This document shows, piece after piece, positions 41,224-54,711 of a stretch of 64,000 bases of DNA. Source of the stretch: Octopus vulgaris (taxonomy: Eukaryota); NCBI GenBank assembly GCA_951406725.2, contig OX597823.1, positions 33,356,001 through 33,420,000 on the forward strand, in the 5' to 3' direction. The translations under genes were made by a program, and so were the position numbers. The notes under the pieces are model-generated. The model was not told the origin of the DNA. It saw only the letters and a program-made list of their open reading frames with translations, and made no database searches. How positions within the stretch are numbered: position 1 is the stretch's first letter; every line of letters begins with the position of its first letter.

Positions 41224-41377
41224 TTATTATTATTATTATTATTAAGGCGGTGAGTTGGCAGAATCATTAGCACGCCGGGCGAAATGCTTCGCAGTATTTC
41301 GCCTGTCCTGCCCTTGGTCGATGTAATCGGCTTATCCCCACCTTCCCTAAAATTTTCAAGGCCTCTATAGTAGACAT

Positions 41378-44300
41378 AATAATAATTTTATTGGCCAAAA
41401 GGGCTCACATACAAAAACATTAAAAGACATGCAACAACACAAAAGACAAAAACAGGACAAAAAGTGGAACAAATTAAGCTCCCAATACGGGGGGTGCTTT
41501 AAGGTCCTCGTGGAAAACCCCACAAAAGCCACAGGTGCTTGAACAACAGGGCAAGAGTCCCTTTTTTTTACAGGTGTACGCTCAGAATGGGTCCTTTCAC
41601 ACTGACCATTCTTCCAACATTCACCCACCTTTCAACAAACTTGCAACACTTCCCTTTTCAGAATTAGCTTCCTTTGCAAGTAAAACTTGAAGAAGTTGAT
41701 GAGGATTTGGCCAAAGAGGAAAGTGTCTGTTTTTAACCCTTTCAAACGGGTCTACCATAAACCTCTTTCGCTACAGCCACTAGACAAATAAAAATTGCCT
41801 GCCCTCACGGCCAAAAGAGGGCGGCGAGGCATTCTTCACAATGGATTCACCTGATAGCCGGAACCGTCCTACATAAACCCACAGGTTAGCAATACTCGGG
41901 CACTGGACTAGGGCGTGCAGAACCGTTTCATCGTTCTGGGCGCACCTCGGGCAGGCCCGGCTGACGGTATTTCCGTGCCTGTAAAGTTTATCCCGAACAG
42001 GCAGTGTCCCTCGCTAGCACTGTCAGGCAAGGGATTTCTAGAAGTTATCCATAGGCCCAAGCCCGAAAGTTCTCCGAAACAGACCGGTTAGTTGATCTTC
42101 ATCAACGCCCAGAGTATCCCCGAGAACGTCGTCGCACCTTCCCTCCACTAACCCTCTATAGAACGCTAGAGTGGAACTACCACCGACCGCATTGCCCGCC
42201 AGGCGGAGGGCTGTGAGCGCTTGTCGGCACTCGAGGTGCTAAGCGCCCTTCATCGGTCTACGCCTTATCCAGGATTGCAGCTCAGTCAAAGAGATGAGCT
42301 GAGGAAAAGTGTCTCTCACAAACGGTGACTACATTTGTTCGCCATCAATTAAGTACCAGTTACATACTGGGGTCGATATAATCGACTTAATCCGTTTGTC
42401 TGTCCTTGTTTGTCTTCTCTGTGTTGCTGGAGATACCGCAACCTCAGTGCATTTCTGCGCATCAGTAACCACGGCATGCCCAGCTCTCCATTCAGCAGCT
42501 ATTGACAGCAGATGGAGCGCTTGACCAGTGGAACGCATCCCTACCACAGAAAGTGGAAGAGTAAGTGCACCAGCTTGGTCATCCAGCAAACAGGGCAAGG
42601 GGCGACGGTCCAGCCGGAATTGATGACTGATGAGATGTACGCATTCGCCACGTCCGCTTGACCTTTCAGGGACAGCTTTCGCTCGGCCCATTTCTGGGTG
42701 AGATTGGCTGCCCTGCTCGTCACCTCATCCCCGTTTTTCTCCACCTGCAAGTCCGGACCAAACTAGACTCCGAGCAACTTAACAAGACCGTCTATCCAGC
42801 GTTCCACCACGCTGTTAGACGGCATGGACTTGCCTTTCCAGATGCCGAGTTGAAAGCCCACTGACTTTTGCCCATTAATTCTTGCTCCTGTCACCGCTTC
42901 ATATTCCTGTAGTGTTTCGCCAATCAGGACTATATGCCAGTGGCTCGACACTATGACGGTGACATCATCAGCGTAAGTAGACACACTTCTCCCATATTCT
43001 AGATCACATGGGACACCCCACAAAGCCTCCAACTTTCGCAGTAATGGCTCAAGAGTCAATACATACAGAAGGGAGGAGAGAGGGCACCCTTGAGGGACCG
43101 AACGCAAGATGTTGAATGGCTCCGACAGGTGACCATTTACCCGAGCAACCGAGCAGATGCCGCTGTACAAAGCAGCAATCCAACCGTGGAAAACTGGACC
43201 GAAAATGGCTGCTTTGAGGACAGCTGCCAAGTATTGATGGTCGTCCCTAGCAAAGGCTTTAGACTGATCTAAGTTGATCAGGGCCCCACCCAAGCCAGCT
43301 TCGTTACCCACCTTCTCTATGATGTGGCGCATATGATGGAGGTTATCGTGAATTCTCCTGGCTGGGATGGCGCATGTTTGCGCCTTACCAACCAGCTTAT
43401 CCATGACAAGCGCCAGCCTCTTGGCTAACACCTTGGCCAAAATCTTCAATTCTGTATTGAGCAGAGTGATGGGCCTGAAATTTTCAATAACGTCCCCTTG
43501 TTTGGGTTCTTTCTCAGCAGTGTCACCACCCCTCGACAAACAAAAGCAGGAATTCTTCCGTTTTGTTGCCAGTTGCAGTAGACGTTTGCCAAGAGGCCCT
43601 CAGACGAGTCCGGCATTGAAATGTAAAGCTCGTAGGGCAGACCATCCAAACATGGCGATCTGCCTCTCGTGCAGCTTTTCATCGCTTCCTGTACTTCCCT
43701 GGCTGTTATCGGTCTTTTGCAGCACTCCGCCTCATTCATTGCAAGTCGCGGCAGGCCGTCCAGGTACACACCGAAGTCTGCCCTGTTATCCGTCCCACCG
43801 ATCGTCCCAAACAGTTGAGCAAAGTGCTGCTGAAAGGCCGCACACATCGATTCGAACACCTCATGCCCGTTCTGGTCCACCAAAGACCGAATAGTCACCC
43901 TGTTGCCACGTTTAGCCTCCGCCACGCGGGCCCATCGTGACGCTTTCGTTCCCTCCCCGCTTAGTGAACGTACCTTAGCTCTGACAACGTAGCCTTCGCG
44001 TTTGGCGTCGAAAAATTGGTCGAGGGTCAATCTCGCCGCCAATACGTCAGTTGCGATGCCTGTCCTAAGCGCCTCATCTAACTTTCAAACTAAATCTCCT
44101 TCTATTCTATTTCTCTCTACCGCTAAACCCTTACTAAACCTAATCGATTCTACTCTAATTGCTCTTTTGAGAGCAAACCACCAGTTGTTGACGATTGCCC
44201 CCGTCAACGCCCGCTTAACCAATCCGCTAATCCGGTCTCTGTAAGCTCGACACGCGGTAACAACGTGTTCTGCTTCTAGTAACCGGGACCCTGTCTGTAA

Positions 44301-44900
44301 AGCCTATCTAAGTCGGCTGTACAGATCACAAATTTCAGGTCTGTGTAGCCGACCATGTGAAACTGTGGACACTCTATACTATCCTTGTCTGGTGGCCTAC
44401 AAAATACCCTATACGATCTAGACGACCCGATGCCGTTTGTCCAAGTCCGCATTGGCACATTCGGGTAATCTAGTCGGTACCTGTCACACAATTGAAAACA
44501 TGCGAGCAGGTTTTTGAGGCTTTTGCACCCATCTCTCCTATCGGATACTTCCACGCAATCGAAACGTCTATCTAAGACAGCGTTCCAATCCCCGACTAAC
44601 ACTAGAGTCCGAGACATTCCCAGGTTAACCTCCAGACGCTTGAAGTCATCAGACCGCCCTGCCCCTGTCGGAGCATAGACAACCACCAGTCTGAAAGTAC
44701 CGCCGTCACTGCTGCTCACATTTAGTACCACCAACTTTCCTTCCGGATCCAGGAAGACTGCCTTTATTTTAAAATCCAGACCCTTCCGGAAGAGCACCAC
44801 AGTACCACCATCGCCCCTCCTGGCCAACGCGGAGATAGAAAAATCTTGTATCCGCCGATAAAGGTAATGAAGTCCCGTGGGTTGGATAGTCTGGATTCAC
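41378..44900 (-). mobile_element. Tx1/L1-group LINE ORF2 (APE, RT, CCHC), frameshifted
   Basis: APE: VVVYAP, LVGDWN; RT: NFRPITLLN, LDQSKAF, QGCPLS, YADD; CPRCAQNDETVLHALVQC; AATAAA near 41390; SINE A fragment at ~42345-42425. Confidence 0.92.
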
Positions 44901-44959
44901 CAAGATAACCTCAAGGTAACCTTGTTTTCAAGGTAACCTTGTTTTCAAGGTAACCTTGT

Positions 44960-46430
44960 TTCCTACGAAAAAATATATGTCTGGCCCAAGGGGCCAAACT
45001 GGTGAGGCAAGGAAGAGCGCGAGTAATTTATATATGTGTTTCTATAAACAGAAAGCAGCAGAAGACGGCTAGTTCGGCAGATATGGAAGGCGCATTGAAA
45101 GCGATAATAGTTGACATTCAGCACAGCTCGAAAACCCAGCATCTCAGTGCTCTTCAAGAGTGAAGCTCTGGCCTCCAAACACTTTATGGTTCCGTGTCGG
45201 AGTGAAAAATACTTTACTCGTCGTATTTAAGAAAGAGGACGGTGAGGATAAAGATGTCAGGTTTTCCTCCGGAGGTAACTTCAGAGTGGGTTTTAGCGTG
45301 TATCGTATTGAAAGTGAGTAATAGCTCCCTGGCGGTGAATCGAGTATTTTGTAGGTCTGTGGATAGAAGTAGCATAAGCTGCCCACAATTCAAAATCGTC
45401 GGCTACCCAGACCACAAATTCATATTCTGTACGGTCGACCTAGATAAGATCCATAGCTAGGATCCTGAATTCCTCTTTCCTGGCGTATTAAATTGTCAGA
45501 GAATGGGTTAGTAAGTTAGTCCGTCGGAAGTTGTCGGGTGCAATCGTCAACAACCGATGATGGATAGCTCTGAAAAAGGCTATTAGAGTAGAGGTGATAG
45601 GGTTTATTAAAGAAATAATGTTAGGGACATATAGGATAGAGGATGACTTAGGAAACTAGAAGAGACATAGCGACCGACGTTCTGGCAGCGAGAATGGCTC
45701 TGTATTAATTCATCAATAGCAAGCACGTAGGTTGTGTTGTAAGAGCTTGGGTGCGAGCGGAGGCGTAACTTGGAAACAAAGTCACCATTCGGTGTGTGAC
45801 GGGCCGGGACGGCGAATGCTACTCAAATCCAAGCAAATGTATGCGGAATTTTCCGAAGCAATTTGATGAACTGTACAAAGCGCACGGCGAGTCGGAGATG
45901 AGGATGGATTTCATGCCGTGCCTTTCGGCCAAGGATGTGGAGTTCTGCGAAATGCCGATTGCAATTGAAGACATACAGGACACGATGACTGGCTGCACAA
46001 GGGAGAAGTCTCGCAGGCTGGATGGTCTGCCCTTCATGCTTTATCTTCATATACCGAACTTGTTCAGGAATTTCTTGGCAGATGTCTACCACAATCGGCA
46101 GCAGATTGGGAAAATTCCCAGTGCTGTGAGCTGTGGAATGGTGGTGCTGCTGAGAAAGGACCTAAATAGTAGTGTGTGTATCTGTGCGTGTGCGTGCGTG
46201 TGTGTGGGCTAGGAATAGATAATTTTAGGCCTCTGTTGAATGTAGATTACAAAATTTTGGCCAAGGTTTTAGCCAAGAGGTTAGCGATTGTCGTTGGTAA
46301 ACTGGTTGGTGACGCGTAGACATGCGCTATCCCAAACAGATACACCTATGACAACCTCCACCTCAAGCGCTACATCATGGCATGGTTGGAACTCTGATCT
46401 ATTTGGATCAACCAAAAATATTTTCGTTGA
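44960..46430 (+). mobile_element. Deleted Tx1-like LINE copy (possible ORF1 piece, APE end, RT start)
   Basis: RVFCRSVDRSSISCPQFKIVGYPDHKF, LDGLPF.LY, DYKILAKVLAKRL. Confidence 0.8.
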
Positions 46431-46749
46431 AAGGTGTGTGAACGTGGCGAGGATGGCCAGTGCAAATGGGCTTACTCCGAACATACGCTTGTAAGTTTGA
46501 GGAGTTGAGAAGGAGTGAGGCACCTATTGAGGTGCCCTTGGCGGTCAGAGTGACTAAGATGTGTGGAGTCCTTCAACTTCTCTTTTTGAGGAATTTTATT
46601 GTCTTATTTTTGTTAATTGTTCTTGTTTTTAGTGTATACACGTATTTTTGTGCTAAGCTCCACTCTCGTTTTGTATTGTCAATGACCATATATAGGTGGT
46701 TACATTCTCGAGGCAGTGTTGAGAGAGGTGTAACTTCCCTCTTTACCCT

Positions 46750-48050
46750 CGCTTTCCTTTTCAAGTGATTCTTGAAAAAGTTGAGAGCTTTGTCAAAGAG
46801 GAAAGTATCTATCTTCAACCCTTTCAGTTTGGTCCACGACACTAAGGCCTTCGACGAATAAATGCTGCTTGCTCTTCCTCAATCGATAGATGGATCCATC
46901 CTACACGTGACAGCAGATGTTCGAAATAGGCCCACAAGTCAGCAATGCTCGGACACTGGACGAGAACGTGCAGAACAGTTTCGTTGATCTGTGCACATCT
47001 CGAGCAAGCCCGGCTGGCAGTATATCCATGCCTGTAGAGTCTATCGCGAATCGGCAATGACCCCCAGTAGCACTGCCAGGCCAGGGATTTCTGAAAATCA
47101 TTCATGGGCCCTGATTCGAAAGTCCTCCGGAACAGGCCAATTGATTCTCGTCGACTCCTAGAGTCTCCCCGAGAACGTCTTCGAACTTGCCTGCCATTAA
47201 TCCACAATAAAACGCCTGAGTGGAACTTGCATCGACAACATTGCTCGACTGACAGATGACTGAGAGCGCCTGACGACATTCTAGGTGCCTCGGTCTATGG
47301 GCCTCGGTCCAGGGCTGTAGCTCAGTCAAAGAGACGAGCTGCGGAAGAGCGAGTTTGACAAACGAGGATTACACCTGCTCACCGTCAAGGAAGGGCTGGA
47401 GATGCCGCTGTCTCAGCGTGTATCTGCGCACACCAACAGCCATGGCATGTCCTTTATTCAGTGCACGTTATTCACTAAACCCGACCCCGAACAATTCAAC
47501 CGGTCTCTCTGTCCATAGTCCCACGACGTTATTGGACGATATGGACCTACTTCTCCAGGTACCGAGTTGCACGCTCACTGACTTTTTATGGTTAGGGCAA
47601 CGGACTCACTATCGTAGGATCGCGGTTTCGATTCCCAGACCGGGCGTTGTGAGTGTTTATTGAGCGAAGCTCCGGCAGGGGGTGGTGGCGAACCCTACTG
47701 TACTCTTTCACCACAACTTTCTCTCACTTTTTCATCCTGTTTCTGTTGTACCTGTATTCCAAAAGGCCACCCTTGTCACACTGTGTAACGCTGAAACTCC
47801 CCGAGAACTACGTTAAAGGTACACGTGTCTGTGGAGTGCTCAACCACTTGCACATTAATTTCACATGCAGGCTGTTCCGTTGATTGGATCAACTGGAACC
47901 CTCGTCGTCGCAACCGACGGAGTGCCGTAGTAGTTTGCACAAGATGCCTCTCAACATCTCTAATTTTCAAATAATGGTTCTAGAGCCAGTACATACAGGA
48001 GAGACGAGAGGGGATACTCTTGACGGACCGAGAGCATGGGGCTGAAACTT
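46750..48050 (-). mobile_element. Tx1-like LINE 3' half interrupted by a SINE
   Basis: FQKSLAWQCYWGSLPIRDRL, CSRCAQINETVLHVLVQC, KSVSVQLGTW; SVRQEYPLSSLLYVLALEP at ~47970-48030. Confidence 0.82.
47588..47926 (+). mobile_element. SINE family C, 5'-truncated
   Basis: GGTTAGGGCA.CGGACTC..TTTCGATTCCC head shared with the 1229 copy. Confidence 0.8.
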
Positions 48051-48054
48051 AATG

Positions 48055-49425
48055 TCAATTTTTAATCACGCATGGCCAGTCAGGGTAATCACGCATGGCC
48101 AGTGAAAATAGTTCGCTGAACTTTGGAAATAAGGAGCACGAGTTGGTATAGATGATGCTGAGCTGTGAAGTTTGAGGGGCGGGAATAGGGGAACAAGCAG
48201 AATAAGGGGTATCAGAGATAGCATCGTTGACGGGGGTATCTACTTTACTTCGATTCGCCCTCAATTCACTTTCCTTGTCAGCACTACAGCATGCGACCAG
48301 AGGTAGGACTTGATTATTTGTCCATCTTGGATGCGTAAACCCTTCTCTACCATCTGTTTTCTCATCTTCAGTTCGGATATTAGGTTTCTCTCTCAGTGAG
48401 TATTCCTCGCGAAAACCCATATTGGGGTCCTCCCAAGCATGCATCTGAGCTCTGTTCAGAAAGGTTGAAGCCTCCTGATCGGAAGAAAAGATTACTCTTA
48501 TTGGGCGTGGTCTAGTGTCTGAGGTTGAGTTCGCTTGGAATCTTCTCAGCCGAGCGACCTTATGGATACTGACATTTTCGTTGACAGAGAACAATTCTCC
48601 AACTAAAACGGAAACAAAATTTATGTCTTCTTTTAGGCGGTTTATGCCTGTATCACAGGTGGATTCAGCTTTACCATAAATGATTGCTGATCTTGAGTGG
48701 GCAAAATGGTCTTTCTGTTCTCTACTATGAGCTGCGGCATTCGATTCTTCGTTGGATGATTTCGAAAGGGTGGTTTCATAGCCATCAGACTTATGTCGGC
48801 CTTTGGGGTCGATCGGAATGGGTTTAGTGGTCATAACTTTCCCGCCTGGTTTGGAACTGCACTGCCTCTTCTTCGGTTTGAGGGAGCACCACTCCCCAGA
48901 TGAACTCACATCAAGATCGTTCAGAATTGGTTGAGCAATGGCATTAATGGGAAGGACAAGTGAGGGAGAATCCAAACAGATTTTATCGTGAGCAGGTTTC
49001 GTAGCTAAAACTGCCCCACTGGAGTTTTGACTACGTTTCTTCTTTTTGGGAGAACAACGGTCTTCAGGTGGGTTTGAGTCTACGCTCCTCAAATTAGGTT
49101 GGGGAACCTCCGGGACCGAAAAGGCAGGTGAGGAAGAATCCGCACAGGAACGATCATGTGCGGAAACGACCGCCGGTTCCTTCGCCTTCTTTGGCCGCTT
49201 CGATTTTGTTCCCTTCGGTTTGGACGTCTCCAGGGAAGAAATCAAGGGTGGCTCTGCATCAATAGGAGACTGTTTATTCAGTAAATGAGCAACAACAGAC
49301 TTTAGGTGCTCGACTTCTTGTTTGAGCAACAGCAACTGCTCGTTGAGATGACCGTTGGTAGGACCATCATCCTGATAAGAAGCCCTTCTCGCAGATCTCA
49401 GTTTCGATCTGTAGGTAGCTGACAT
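48055..49425 (-). CDS. CR1/L2-type LINE ORF1 running into the start of the APE domain (3'-truncated element)
   Basis: Coiled coil, then SAIIYGKAES..RL..RPRPIRVIF (ORF1 RRM-like); LSIIYTNSCSLFPKFSEL is an APE N-terminus. Confidence 0.8.
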   Translation of the reverse strand: MSATYRSKLRSARRASYQDDGPTNGHLNEQLLLLKQEVEHLKSVVAHLLNKQSPIDAEPPLISSLETSKPKGTKSKRPKKAKEPAVVSAHDRSCADSSSPAFSVPEVPQPNLRSVDSNPPEDRCSPKKKKRSQNSSGAVLATKPAHDKICLDSPSLVLPINAIAQPILNDLDVSSSGEWCSLKPKKRQCSSKPGGKVMTTKPIPIDPKGRHKSDGYETTLSKSSNEESNAAAHSREQKDHFAHSRSAIIYGKAESTCDTGINRLKEDINFVSVLVGELFSVNENVSIHKVARLRRFQANSTSDTRPRPIRVIFSSDQEASTFLNRAQMHAWEDPNMGFREEYSLREKPNIRTEDEKTDGREGFTHPRWTNNQVLPLVACCSADKESELRANRSKVDTPVNDAISDTPYSACSPIPAPQTSQLSIIYTNSCSLFPKFSELFSLAMRDYPDWPCVIKN

Positions 49426-51434
49426 GATAGATGGTTGACCAAAAACAATCTTCTATGGGCTCTAAGACAAATCTGAGTTAAAGCAGGAACAAAAACAGCT
49501 GCAATCCCTGTAGGAGTAGGCAACAGCAGACAAAATCTGAGAGAGTTTGGGCTGAACCGAATCACAATCCAAGATTGAAAGCAGACGGTGAAACGAGTCA
49601 GGAACCCTTCCTAGTTGTCTGAAGCAGCTTTAGGATACGGAATAGTAGGTCCAACTTTAGAATATTGATATGCATGTAAAATGTTCCACACGGTTAAATA
49701 TCATTTGACGTGCCATTTAGTACTTCAATATTTGCGTCTGCGTATGTTTGTACATGTGTGAATAATGTGTTTATGTGCGAGAAGGCACATGTTTTTCTCT
49801 ATCGTTAATTTAATTAAATTTTTTTTTATGTACGGTATGCTCAAACTTCTGGCACAGAATGCTTTTTAGTCATTTAAAAATCAATTAGATTGTATATAGC
49901 AATCTCGATGATAATTTAGTTATTTCTACATGCATGGTATATTACTGGGGAAATGTTCACGCCTTTCACGCTCTGAGAGGTATTTGCTTTTTCCGACAGA
50001 GTGCCGTAGTAGTTTGCACAAGATGCCAGTGGCTTATATCTGTGTGTGCCCGCTTTATTTAAGCCCCTTAGGATGGTAGCTCTACCCTTAGTTTCTTTGT
50101 TCTCTGCTATTAATGTTCTTCTAAGTATGCATCGCCAACACTATAGTTTCATCCACATTATACCCCTGCTCGTTTACATCATCGACACGTCTAGCAAAAT
50201 TGGCATATATTCGCGAATATTCTTCTGGTTCGTGGACAGTTTTTTTTCTTCACACTTACGGCATGAAAATTCCACCCCATCTTCTTAAACCTCGAAAGGT
50301 ACTTCCCTATTTCCACGCTGACATTCTAATATGTTCTATACGGAATAGACTTAACCTTGTTCCATCAGCAAGGTAACCGACGAGTCTATTCCATTGATGG
50401 AATGGGAAAGGCGTACGCAGGGGATACTGGATTTCCCTACTTTTCACCTCTAGACACGGAGAGTTTTATCGCGTCTCTCCTTTTTCTAACTTCTATCTCA
50501 CGGACCTTAGTATGCTCTTAGTTAAAACCATCATTCCGGCAGTATCAAGAAACTCCTTTATCAATCATCATACTCATTACTCTTACCGTCTTTCGTTGTT
50601 TTTGTAATGCCCATCCGCACCTGAAATAACCGACTTCCATAATTTTTCTCTTTTGCTTCTTTATAAACAGTGGACATTCTAATACCATTATTATTTTACA
50701 GCTTTCACACAGCCACACAACGGACTAGTTTTTTTTTTGTATCACTTTAATTGATCGGTACGTACATTTTATACCCCAACCACTGAAACAGATATGATGA
50801 AATTTGAATAAATACGAAATGAACAAAACGAGAGATAGCCACACGATACTGCAGTGTAGACAATTTAAGGAGAGTGCATCGCTTGCAATATCGTCTGTGC
50901 AGCGAGTAAACAAATATGGTGGGAACGAATTTTCCGGATGTTTGTGTAAAAGAGATTCCATCCCGTCAATGCCCCCCGGGGATTCGGTGTATTTGTAATA
51001 TTACACTCTCATACTACACTTTGATGTTATCAAAAAGACCGAGAAGCGACAGTGTATCTGTAATATTAATAAATAGTATGACAGGATCATGACTTCAGTG
51101 TTAGATTATTTTTTATACACAAGGGTTTTGCTTTATTGGAAGCGACTAACACCTCCCACCACCACTACCACCAAAAGAGGTGGATATGTATACAAGATTT
51201 TATACTTCTGTTTATTGTTAGATGTATGAATTATGCTGTGTGTTTAGGGAAGACATTGAAGTTGACAATAAAATCCAAAATACTATATTTAATCAGAAGT
51301 GTCATGTTATTCACTATAAAAGAAGAATATCCAAGCCCTGGGGTGTAATTTGAATCGAATGAATTAAAACCAACGTCGCAAACATTTTTTGTTTAGATCT
51401 ACAATAAGGCAAATTCTGTAAATAATTATTTAAA

Positions 51435-51437
<3 letters not shown>

Positions 51438-51514
<77 letters not shown>
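51438..51514. repeat. (GA)n microsatellite
   Basis: Direct. Confidence 0.97.
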
Positions 51515-51518
<4 letters not shown>

Positions 51519-52743
51519 GGTAAGGAAAATCAATATTGTATGAAATATTAAATTGTACAACCTAAGAAAAAGAATATAAAACAACTACAGCAAAAACAAA
51601 TGACACTAATATTTTATATCTCGTTAGAACTAAGAGGGAAAGTTTTAATGAAGTAGTAAAGAAAAACAAAGATAGCCCGATTTGAATGGAAGAGTTGTAT
51701 ATGTACATACATACATACATACATACATACATACATACATACATACATACATACAGACATACAGACATACGGTGTGATTTGAATTAAAAAAATATGCGAT
51801 AAGAATAAAAATAGAATTATTTAAGCATATAAGTAATAATGGTGGTTGATAAATTAGTAGCATTTATATAGGTCTTAGAATATTCCTGCAAGAAAACTCT
51901 CAGATAAAATATACCTTTCTTGGTTTGCGAACAATGTTGTAGCTTGCAGATATACGTTGTATGAAAGCTGTAGAGAAGTGTTGCTACAATTGAGCTGAAG
52001 ACAAGAGTAAGGGGCGACGGGGGTGGGGAGAACTAAGAATTTAGATACAAAATTTATATGAGTGCTTCGAAGCTTACCAAATTGGAATCAGGTGATGTAT
52101 TTTTGGAATCTGGTTGAATACGTGGCATATTAGACGCCATTAAGGTGTAGAAAGAATGTAAAATCTCGTTTCTAAAAGAAACAGTTTAAAAAAAAATTCA
52201 GATTGTGATCATATGGTGTTTTAGAGGTAACCTGATAAAATATTAAAAGTATTAATGTTATTAACATGTTTTATATGTTAATAATTCTTCCTCCTGAAAT
52301 TGTTGAGGAGAGCGTGGGCGATTATATGGACCCCCAGAGCTCAGATTATTTTATCGATCCCCAAAAGATAAAAGGTAAAGTAACCTCGGCAGAATTCGAA
52401 CTCGGAATGTAAAGAGCTGAAAGAAACGCCACTAGGCATTTTGTCCGGCTCAGTAACAGTTTTGTCAGCTTACCGCCGTTGTGATTTTCATCTTATAATA
52501 ATAACTCCGCTTGTCATTGCGTTACTTAGCCCGTCGGTAACGCTTTCGTGTGATTAGAGAAAAAGGAGAAAGAAAAGAGTCAGAGAAAAAAGAGGGAGAG
52601 AAGCGTCCATGACATGCGGCAGAGGGAATGGAATTGTAACGATTTGACGTGATTAGTTGAAAGGAAAGAGAGAAGAAAGAAAAAGGAGAAAAAGAGGATA
52701 GGCGAAGAGTGAGACAGAAAGAGGGAGAAAGAAAAAGACGGAG

Positions 52744-52782
<39 letters not shown>

Positions 52783-53188
52783 CGTCCATAACGTGAGGTA
52801 GGGGGAACGTAACAATTTTAGCAGATGGGGGTTATGTTCTGATGGTGAGGTTAAAGCGAGGAAGAGAAAGAGGGGAAAAGAGAGAGAGGAAGAAGGGAAA
52901 GAGAGAGAGGAGAAGAGAAAGATGAGGATGGTGGTGGAAGTGTAGATGGTGGTGGTGATTGGATGGTGAGAAGTGCATTTTTAAAAAAAGTTGAACCAAG
53001 TTATATCGCCTATCACTTAACGCATGCGCATAAGTGCAGTTCCATGAAATATTCACGCTTATGTTCGTGGCTGATATATGCAATTTAACTGAAGGTCGTA
53101 TCGTATGTACGGGGTATTTTTTTTTTTTTTTTTTTTTGTTTATGGGAAAAACAGAAAAATAGGAGTGAATATCTATGAGTGCTGTTTA

Positions 53189-53705
53189 TCTATATATATA
53201 AAACTGTAGTTGTGTGAGTGTCTGTCCCCTTCGATTTAGATTCCTAACTCCTCCCACATTTTGCGGTGCAGTTTAACCAAATTCGGGTATCTTATAGTCG
53301 TGATTCATATCGAGCCCGTCTGAGTATTAGCGCGCGTCTACGATGAGTCTACGATTTTAAAAATAATTTAACATAATTTTTTATTCCATTTTAATGCATA
53401 ATTTTTCGTGTGTCGATGGCGGCGGAGTTGGCGTCCACGCTCAAACACCTGCACCTGTGTTTGCTTCTCCCCCTTCTTCCCTCCCTCGTGAAGCTGTGGG
53501 GAAGGGAGTGTAAGGAAATCAACGTCGTAATGCGTTGTCAAGGAGACCAGCGTTCTTTTAGAACAACGACTTCATGGCTTGAAGACACCAAAACAGAAAT
53601 GGCTAAGAAAGCCCGAATTGGCATCTATAAGGGAAGTAACTCTCTAAAAATGCTTATATAGTTATTTCCCTTACAAACCCGAGCAACGCCGGGCGATACT
53701 GCTAG
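53189..53705 (+). mobile_element. Non-autonomous Helitron
   Basis: A|TC 5' end, subterminal hairpin CCCGAGCAACGCCGGG, CTAG|T 3' end, no TSD. Confidence 0.85.
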
Positions 53706-53919
53706 TTAAGTATAAAATTGTGCATAAAGTATATAAAGTGTATATATAAAGTGTATTAAGTAATCCTCTGATTGCAATTTCTTTCACTTTTCAATGATGA
53801 GCGACTACCTTTCCATACGATACACTTTCAGGTCTTTTGGATAAGGTTTTCAGAAATAACCAAATAGGTTTACTATTAACTCCGTGAAATATTTACGAGT
53901 CCCGCTGACCTTATAATAA

Positions 53920-54637
53920 TGATGGTTTCAAATTTTGGCACAAGGCCTGCAATTTCGGGGAGGGGTGAGTCGATTACATCGACTCCCAGCGCCCAACTGG
54001 TACTTGTTTTATTGACCCAGAAAGAATGAAAGGCAGAGTTAACTTCGGCGGAATTTGAACTCAGAAAGTATAGACGGACGAAATGCCGCTGAGCACTTTG
54101 TCCGGCGTGCTAACGATTCTGCCAGCTTGCTAACAAATCCGTTTTTACTATAGGTACAAGGCCCGAAATTTGGGGGAAGGGAACTTAGTCCATTACACTG
54201 ACCCCATAAATTGGTTTCAAAGTTTGGCACAAGGCCAGCAATTCTGGGGAAGAGATAATTCGGTTATATTGACTCCAGTGTTTAACTGGTACTTATTTCA
54301 TCGACTTTGAAAGGGCGAAATGAATTTGAACTCCGGACGAAATACCGCTAAGCATCTTGTCGGGTGTCTTAGCGGTTTAGCCAGCTCACCACCTTCATAC
54401 TACTACTACTACTACAACTACAATCTTTTCTACTCTAGGCACAAAGCCCGAAATTCCGGGGGAGGGGGCCAATCGGTGAGATCGACTCCAGTACGCAACT
54501 GGTACTTAATTCATCGACCCTCAAAAGGATGAAAGGCAAAGTCAACCTCAGCGGAATTTGAACTCGGAACATAAAGACAGACGAAATACCGCTAAGCATT
54601 TCGCCCGGTGTGCTAGCATTTCTGCCAGTTCGCCGCC

Positions 54638-54638
<1 letters not shown>
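53920..54638 (-). mobile_element. Cluster of SINE family A copies
   Basis: Three to four repeats of the core and head. Confidence 0.85.

Positions 54639-54707
<69 letters not shown>

Positions 54708-54711
<4 letters not shown>

Noticed and set aside
44960-48050. Twin-priming inversion of a single Tx1 copy
   Set aside because: The two halves converge at their 3' ends, which is not twin-priming geometry.
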